Shown: in pieces, positions 57,726 to 64,000 of the stretch
Layout: each line of letters opens with the position of its first letter
How positions within the stretch are numbered: the first letter of the stretch is position 1
Assembly (NCBI RefSeq): GCF_000737315.1
Contig: NZ_JMCB01000023.1
Coordinates: 1 to 64,000 of the forward strand
Direction of reading: 5' to 3'
Source: Hyalangium minutum
GTDB lineage: Bacteria; Myxococcota; Myxococcia; Myxococcales; Myxococcaceae
DNA length: 64,000 nucleotides
Translations under genes and position numbers: made by a program
Notes under the pieces: generated by a model
Databases searched by the model: none
The model's input: only the letters and a program-made list of their open reading frames with translations
What the model was told of the DNA's origin: nothing

Positions 57726-58655
57726 TCAGAAGGGCCAGCGGGACTTGCGCAGCAGCGCGGTGGCCTCGACGTTCTTCGGATCCAGCTTCAGCACGGCCTC
57801 GAGGTGACGCTTGGCCATGTTCCCGGCCTTGCCCTCCAAGAAGACGTGGACCAACAGGAGCCGGTAAGCCACCGTGTCCGGCGCCATGTCCACGGCGCGC
57901 TGGGCGTGGATACGAACCTCGTTCCAGTCCATCCCCAGCGCCTTGGCCAGCTTGGCGGCGCGGAAGGCCGCCTCCGCGTTGTGCGGATCCAGCGAGGAGG
58001 CCTTCCTGAAGCTCTCCATGGCCTTGGGCAGGTCCTGCTGCTTCTCCAGGTCGAGCCCACGCTGCATCTCCTGCTTGGCGCGCTGCTCGTCGTGCTTCTT
58101 GCGGACGTCCGCCAGCAGGGCAGAGGCCTCGCGGTTCTTCGGGTCCAGGCTCACCACCTGGTTGAGGGCCGCGTAAGCCTGCTCGAAGTCCCCCTTGGCG
58201 ATGGAGGCCTTGCTGCGTGCCATGAGCTCGGTGAGGCGGTGGGTGCGGGCCAGGTAGGGGTGGCGCGAGAGCCGCTCCTGGCGCTCGGAGCGGCGCTCCT
58301 CATCTCCGGGCAGCGGCTCGTCCGGTACGGCCGAGACGGGTGCGGGCGCGGTCCGGAGCTTCGGGTGGGTGCGGAGGTAGGCCTCGCGCTTCTCCGGATT
58401 GGAGAGGACGGTGTGCGCCTCGAGGACACGCCGGAAGATGCGCTCGATGCGCGCCCGGAAGCTGCCCAGGTTCATGCCCGCGTAGCGGTCCGGGTGGTAG
58501 CGCAGCGCGAAGTCCACGAACGCCTGCTTCACGTCTTCAATGGGCGCGCCAGGGTCGAGCCCCAACAGGGCAAAGTAGTCCTTACCCTCCTGGGCCTTCT
58601 CTAGATCGATGATCTCCTGCTGGCGCGCGGGATCGAGATCCACCAACTCAGGCAT
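57726..58655 (-). CDS. J-domain plus TPR protein
   Basis: DYFALLGL...RYHPDR J domain; C-terminal TPR-like helices. Confidence 0.88.
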   Translation of the reverse strand: MPELVDLDPARQQEIIDLEKAQEGKDYFALLGLDPGAPIEDVKQAFVDFALRYHPDRYAGMNLGSFRARIERIFRRVLEAHTVLSNPEKREAYLRTHPKLRTAPAPVSAVPDEPLPGDEERRSERQERLSRHPYLARTHRLTELMARSKASIAKGDFEQAYAALNQVVSLDPKNREASALLADVRKKHDEQRAKQEMQRGLDLEKQQDLPKAMESFRKASSLDPHNAEAAFRAAKLAKALGMDWNEVRIHAQRAVDMAPDTVAYRLLLVHVFLEGKAGNMAKRHLEAVLKLDPKNVEATALLRKSRWPF

Positions 58656-58664
58656 GGACAGGCC

Positions 58665-59921
58665 TCAGGCGGGGGTGAGGACGCGCTCGAGGATGCGGAG
58701 CCCCTCGTCCAACTCCTCGCGGGTGACGATGTACGCAGGCGCGAAGCGGACGGTCTTCTCCCCGGCCGAGTTCACCAGCAGACCCTGCTCCCGGCAGCGC
58801 GCGATGACCGGAGCGGCGTCCTGGTTCAGCTCAATGCCCATGAGCAGGCCCCGGCCGCGCACGTCCTTGATGATCGTCGGCAGGCGGGCCTGGAGCTCGC
58901 GGCCCCGGGAGATGAAGTACTCACCCTTCTCCTGCACCTCCCGGAGCATCTGCGGATCGCGGATGTAGCGCAGCACCACATTGGCAGCGGTGGCGGACAC
59001 CAGGTTGCCACCGAAGGTGGAGCCGTGCGTACCGGAGGTGAGGCTCTTGGACGTCTCCTCGGAGCAGAGCATGGCGCCAATGGGCAGGCCGTTGCCGAGC
59101 GCCTTGGCCAGGCTGATCGCGTCCGGGAGGATGCCGTCGTGCTGAAAGGCGAAGGGCTTGCCGGTGCGGCCGATGCCCGTCTGCACCTCGTCCACGAGCA
59201 GCAGCATGCCGCGCTCGTCACACAGCTCACGCAGGGCCTTGAGGAAGCCCGGAGGCGCCACGCGCACCCCACCCTCGCCCTGGATGGGCTCCACGAGGAT
59301 GGCGGCGGTGCTGGGACCCACCGCCTTGCGTACGGCCTCCAGGTCCCCGTAGGGCACGTGGACGAAGCCGGCCGGCAGCGGCTCGAAGCCCTTCTGGTAC
59401 TTCGGCTGCCCCGTGGCGGTGACGGTGGCCAGGGTGCGGCCGTGGAACGAGTTCTCGAAGGTGATGATCTCGAAGCGCTCGGGGCTGCCGCGATCCTTCA
59501 TCACCTTGCGGGACAGCTTGATGAGGGCCTCGTTGGCCTCGGCGCCCGAGTTACAGAAGAAGGCGCGCGGCAGGCCGCTGAGCGCGGTGAGCTGCGCGGC
59601 CAGATCGATGGAGGGCTCCGAGTAGTACACGTTGGACACGTGCCAGAGGGTGTCCAGCTGGGCCTTGGCGGCGGCGACCACCTCGGGGTGACAGTGGCCC
59701 AGGGCGCACGTGGCGATACCTCCGAGCAGGTCCAGGTACTCCTTGCCATCCGCGTCCCACAGACGCGTGCCCTTGCCGCGCACCAGGGTGATGGGCTGCT
59801 GCTTGTAGTTCTGCAGCAGGTGGGCCTTGGCCTTCTCCATCCAGAGGTCGTTCTGGCTGCGAGGCGATGCGGGGGTCGGCTCCGGCTGGGTGGAGCCCGT
59901 GGAAGCGGTAGGCGTAGGCAC
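58665..59921 (-). CDS. argD: Acetylornithine aminotransferase (class III PLP)
   Basis: FFCNSGAEANE, SFHGRT, EPIQGEGG, DEVQTG, AKALGNG, HGSTFGGN; start moved to GTG 59921. Confidence 0.9.
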   Translation of the reverse strand: MPTPTASTGSTQPEPTPASPRSQNDLWMEKAKAHLLQNYKQQPITLVRGKGTRLWDADGKEYLDLLGGIATCALGHCHPEVVAAAKAQLDTLWHVSNVYYSEPSIDLAAQLTALSGLPRAFFCNSGAEANEALIKLSRKVMKDRGSPERFEIITFENSFHGRTLATVTATGQPKYQKGFEPLPAGFVHVPYGDLEAVRKAVGPSTAAILVEPIQGEGGVRVAPPGFLKALRELCDERGMLLLVDEVQTGIGRTGKPFAFQHDGILPDAISLAKALGNGLPIGAMLCSEETSKSLTSGTHGSTFGGNLVSATAANVVLRYIRDPQMLREVQEKGEYFISRGRELQARLPTIIKDVRGRGLLMGIELNQDAAPVIARCREQGLLVNSAGEKTVRFAPAYIVTREELDEGLRILERVLTPA

Positions 59922-59950
59922 GGCGGGTTCCTCTCTGAAGAGCGGCAAGG

Positions 59951-61342
<1,392 letters not shown>

Positions 61343-61353
61343 GGTGGGAACTC

Positions 61354-61881
61354 CTAGAGCTCTTCGAAGGTGACGTGCGAGTTGGTGTAGACGCAGATGT
61401 CCGCGGCGATCGCCATGGCGTGAGTGGCGACCTCCCGGGCGGACAGGTTCGTGTGACTCATGAGGGCGCGAGCGGCGGACAGGGCATAGTGGCCTCCGCT
61501 GCCCACGGCGGCGATGCCGTGGTCCGGCTCGATGACGTCTCCGGCGCCGGAGAGGATGAACGTCTTCTCCCGGTCAGCGACGACGAGCAGGGCCTCCAGG
61601 CGGCGCAGGAAGCGGTCGGTGCGCCAGTCCTTCCCGAGCTCGACACAGGCTCGGGCGAGGTTCTTCTGGTGCTCCTTGAGCTTGGCCTCGAAGCGCTCGA
61701 AGAGGGTGAAGGCATCGGCGGTGCTGCCGGCGAACCCGGCGAGCACCTGCCCCTCGCCGATGCGGCGGACCTTCTTCGCGGTGTTCTTCATGATCGTCTT
61801 GTCGAGGCTGACCTGGCCGTCACCCGCGATGACGACCTTCCCCTCGCGACGCACACAGAGAATGGTGGTGCCGTGGAACAT
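61354..61881 (-). CDS. hslV: HslV protease subunit
   Basis: [25 protein letters not shown]. Confidence 0.98.
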   Translation of the reverse strand: MFHGTTILCVRREGKVVIAGDGQVSLDKTIMKNTAKKVRRIGEGQVLAGFAGSTADAFTLFERFEAKLKEHQKNLARACVELGKDWRTDRFLRRLEALLVVADREKTFILSGAGDVIEPDHGIAAVGSGGHYALSAARALMSHTNLSAREVATHAMAIAADICVYTNSHVTFEEL

Positions 61882-61952
61882 GGTCCGAGGGGTTTAACAA
61901 GCCGGAGAGCGGGTTTCCAAGGAAGACCGCCCGGCTGTCCGCCCCCTCACCT

Positions 61953-62957
61953 TCACTCTTTCCGAGGTTCTACTCTCGGTAAGCGCCGCGCATAGACGCC
62001 CAGGTGGGTGGCCACCACGCGCTCCCAGCCGGCGATGCGGAAGTGGGTCGGCGTGTTGACGAGCTGGACGCGCCCGTCCGCCTCCTGCCGCACGAGGGTG
62101 GCCGAGCCGCCGCCGTCGAGCTGGATGCCGGTGTGAGCCCCCTGCTCCAACAGAAGGTCCGCGGCCTCCTCCAGCGTGAGGCCCTCGCTGTATCCGGGCT
62201 GCTTGCCCTCCACCGTGAGCAGCAACAGGTAGCGGCCTGTGGCATCTGCGCCCGCGAGCATGCGCGCGTACGGAATCCGGGTGAAGCCATCGTCCGCGAA
62301 GTGCTCCTGGACCGTCGCGCCGTCCCGTACGACGTAGCCCAGCCCCGAGATGGCGTGCCACACCTCGCCCAGCGGGTGCACGAAGCTGACGCGGTTCTCC
62401 CGGGACAGGTACAGGGTGACCATGCGCTTCTCCGGGCTGCCATAGACGCGCCCCTGAGAGGCCGCCATGCCAACGATGTGCACCGGCTGCCCCACGTGGG
62501 GCTCGTAGTTCAGGGGGTGGGTGTTGTGAAACGGATAGAAGTAGTTCGCGTTGATCGCGAGCTGCACGCCGTGCCGCGCCGCGAAGCCGGTCGTCTTGTC
62601 CGCGAATACCTCCCCCTCCGCGGAGGGCTGAGGGGGTGTCACTACGAACTCGACGCCAGGGGCCTGCAGATCCACCCAGACGAGGTGCGCCACCACGGGC
62701 CGAGGCTGTTGGAACACCCTCCGCTCGTAGCGCACGCCCTCGAACCACTCCTCGCGGACCGGCGGAGGCTGGCTCCGGTGGGTGAACCAGAACCCGTAGC
62801 CCCCCACGAGCCCCCCTGCGAGCCCCGGCAGCACGAGCGCAAGCCCTCCCAGGATCCGGATCCCCATGCGCACCCGCCACCGAATCAGCACACCCACGCC
62901 CACGGCCAGCACGAGCGCGGAGAGGACCCACAGGGGAGCACCCAGCAGAGGCTTCAT
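61953..62957 (-). CDS. Membrane-anchored phosphodiester glycosidase (NAGPA-like)
   Basis: Two N-terminal TMs; AINANYF, SEGLTL, LDGGGS. Confidence 0.82.
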   Translation of the reverse strand: MKPLLGAPLWVLSALVLAVGVGVLIRWRVRMGIRILGGLALVLPGLAGGLVGGYGFWFTHRSQPPPVREEWFEGVRYERRVFQQPRPVVAHLVWVDLQAPGVEFVVTPPQPSAEGEVFADKTTGFAARHGVQLAINANYFYPFHNTHPLNYEPHVGQPVHIVGMAASQGRVYGSPEKRMVTLYLSRENRVSFVHPLGEVWHAISGLGYVVRDGATVQEHFADDGFTRIPYARMLAGADATGRYLLLLTVEGKQPGYSEGLTLEEAADLLLEQGAHTGIQLDGGGSATLVRQEADGRVQLVNTPTHFRIAGWERVVATHLGVYARRLPRVEPRKE

Positions 62958-62996
62958 GAGGTCTCATCCTATGAGAGAGCGCGGCACCCGAGCGGC

Positions 62997-63025
62997 ATGA
63001 CGCTCACGCGTGATCGCGTTACACT
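62997..63025 (+). promoter_or_regulatory. Putative sigma70 promoter of the PilZ pair
   Basis: ATGACG, 17 nt spacer, TACACT; spacer holds palindrome ACGCG-TGAT-CGCGT. Confidence 0.5.
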
Positions 63026-63064
63026 GAGTCCACGGCGCCGTGAGCACGGGGCCGGACAGGAGGG

Positions 63065-63409
63065 ATGACGGTGTCTCAACAGGACCGGCGCAAACACCCA
63101 CGCTACCTCCTGCATCTGCCCGTCAAGCTCCACCGCGGAGAGCAGGAGCTGAACGCCCAGGTGATCAACGCCTCGGCGGGAGGCTGTCTGCTCCAGATGG
63201 CGGAGGCGCTCGCCCCAGGCGAGGTGCTCGAGGCCAGCCTCCCCCAGCTGAAGCTGCCGAGGACGCGGCTGATCGTGGTGCGGTGCTCGTCCACCCCCAC
63301 CGGCTACATGGTGGCCATGTACTTCGAGGCGACGCTGGCCGACGACGCCGCCATCCGTCATCTCTCGGGTGATCAGCTGGCCTTCGACAAGCCTCCGGTG
63401 GTGCACTAG
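63065..63409 (+). CDS. Single-domain PilZ protein
   Basis: RKHPR (RxxxR) and NASAGG (NxSxxG). Confidence 0.88.
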   Translation: MTVSQQDRRKHPRYLLHLPVKLHRGEQELNAQVINASAGGCLLQMAEALAPGEVLEASLPQLKLPRTRLIVVRCSSTPTGYMVAMYFEATLADDAAIRHLSGDQLAFDKPPVVH

Positions 63410-63456
63410 ATTCGGATCAGCGGATCCCCCACCGCGCAGCCTAGGAGAGAGCACAC

Positions 63457-63813
63457 GTGTCCCAGCACGAGCGGCGCCGGCACCAACGCTACCCGTTGCG
63501 GCTGGCCATCAAGGTTCATTGCCGTGGCGAGCAGATGGACGCAGACATCATCAACGCCTCGGCCAGCGGATGCCTGCTGCAGATGTCCATACCGCTCGAT
63601 CCGGGCGAGGCGCTCGACGTGAGCATCCCCCAGCTGAACATGCCCAAGGCCCGGCTGATCGTCGTGCGCTCCGAGTCCACCACCCTGGGCTACACCGTGG
63701 CCACGCGCTTCGATGTGGGCCTGGCCGATGAGCCCACCCTCAGCCGGCTCGCCTCGGAGACGCCGGGAAAGCCGCCCGAGGGCTCCGGCTCCGCGCCTCC
63801 CGTGACGCACTGA
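63457..63813 (+). CDS. Single-domain PilZ protein, paralogue of the upstream gene
   Basis: RRHQR and NASASG; AGGAGA RBS before GTG. Confidence 0.88.
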   Translation: MSQHERRRHQRYPLRLAIKVHCRGEQMDADIINASASGCLLQMSIPLDPGEALDVSIPQLNMPKARLIVVRSESTTLGYTVATRFDVGLADEPTLSRLASETPGKPPEGSGSAPPVTH

Positions 63814-63874
63814 TCCGCGCCGCACCGCGTCTTTCCCGAGCGAACCGAGGCCCGGTTTTCTCAATTCTTGTGCT

Positions 63875-63903
63875 TTGACCCTAATAGAAAAGTGCGCTAT
63901 TCA
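63875..63903 (+). promoter_or_regulatory. Possible sigma70 promoter for a gene beyond the window
   Basis: TTGACC, 17 nt spacer, TATTCA in an AT-rich patch. Confidence 0.4.
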
Positions 63904-64000
63904 AAGAACCGATCGATGGCTCGTTGCGGGTTGAAACGTCCGCAGGGACGCCCTGGAACGGTGGGGGGGAGCGATCCGAGAGCACCCACACACGATTCGG

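Noticed and set aside
63915-64000. GEMM-I (c-di-GMP/cGAMP) riboswitch call
   Set aside because: Has GAAA and GGACGC but lacks the GCAAA elements and P3 signature; truncated by the window edge

Overview
Very GC-rich chromosomal window from a myxobacterium (Cystobacterineae-type: CglB-like VWA lipoprotein, MYXO-CTERM M36 protease, ExoJ/ExoK-like pair). It is mostly core genome. From left to right: tuf (cut by the window edge) behind a Thr-Tyr-Gly-Thr tRNA cluster, rlmB, a RimK-family ligase, cglB, hrpB, fdxA, asd, tRNA-Cys, a SpoIID lipoprotein, TonB, a CDF transporter, gcvT-H-P, metF, folD, djlA-smr-add-pyrD, Wzy/GT4 (exoJ/exoK-like), engB, coaE, argD and hslVU. Probable accessory genes are interspersed: a phage-type small ORF, an orphan PAS/GAF kinase, an ADP-ribosylglycohydrolase, a WYL regulator/SDR/zinc-ribbon module, AsnB, a ~2080-aa M36 protease with nine PKD-like repeats, a phosphodiester glycosidase and two tandem PilZ genes. 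I saw no CRISPR array, rRNA, integrase or transposase. The best new signal is a ~150-nt, three-hairpin transcript candidate on the minus strand (42026-42176), with its own sigma70-like promoter and a strong intrinsic terminator. It lies between the sigma54-type exoJK-like spore-coat polysaccharide genes and an asnB-type amidotransferase. The second-best is a WYL regulator with a perfect palindromic operator just upstream of a -10 box for a divergent SDR gene. All family calls come from motif recognition by eye; no database search or folding was run. Start codons were sometimes moved from the ORF track on RBS or overlap evidence.
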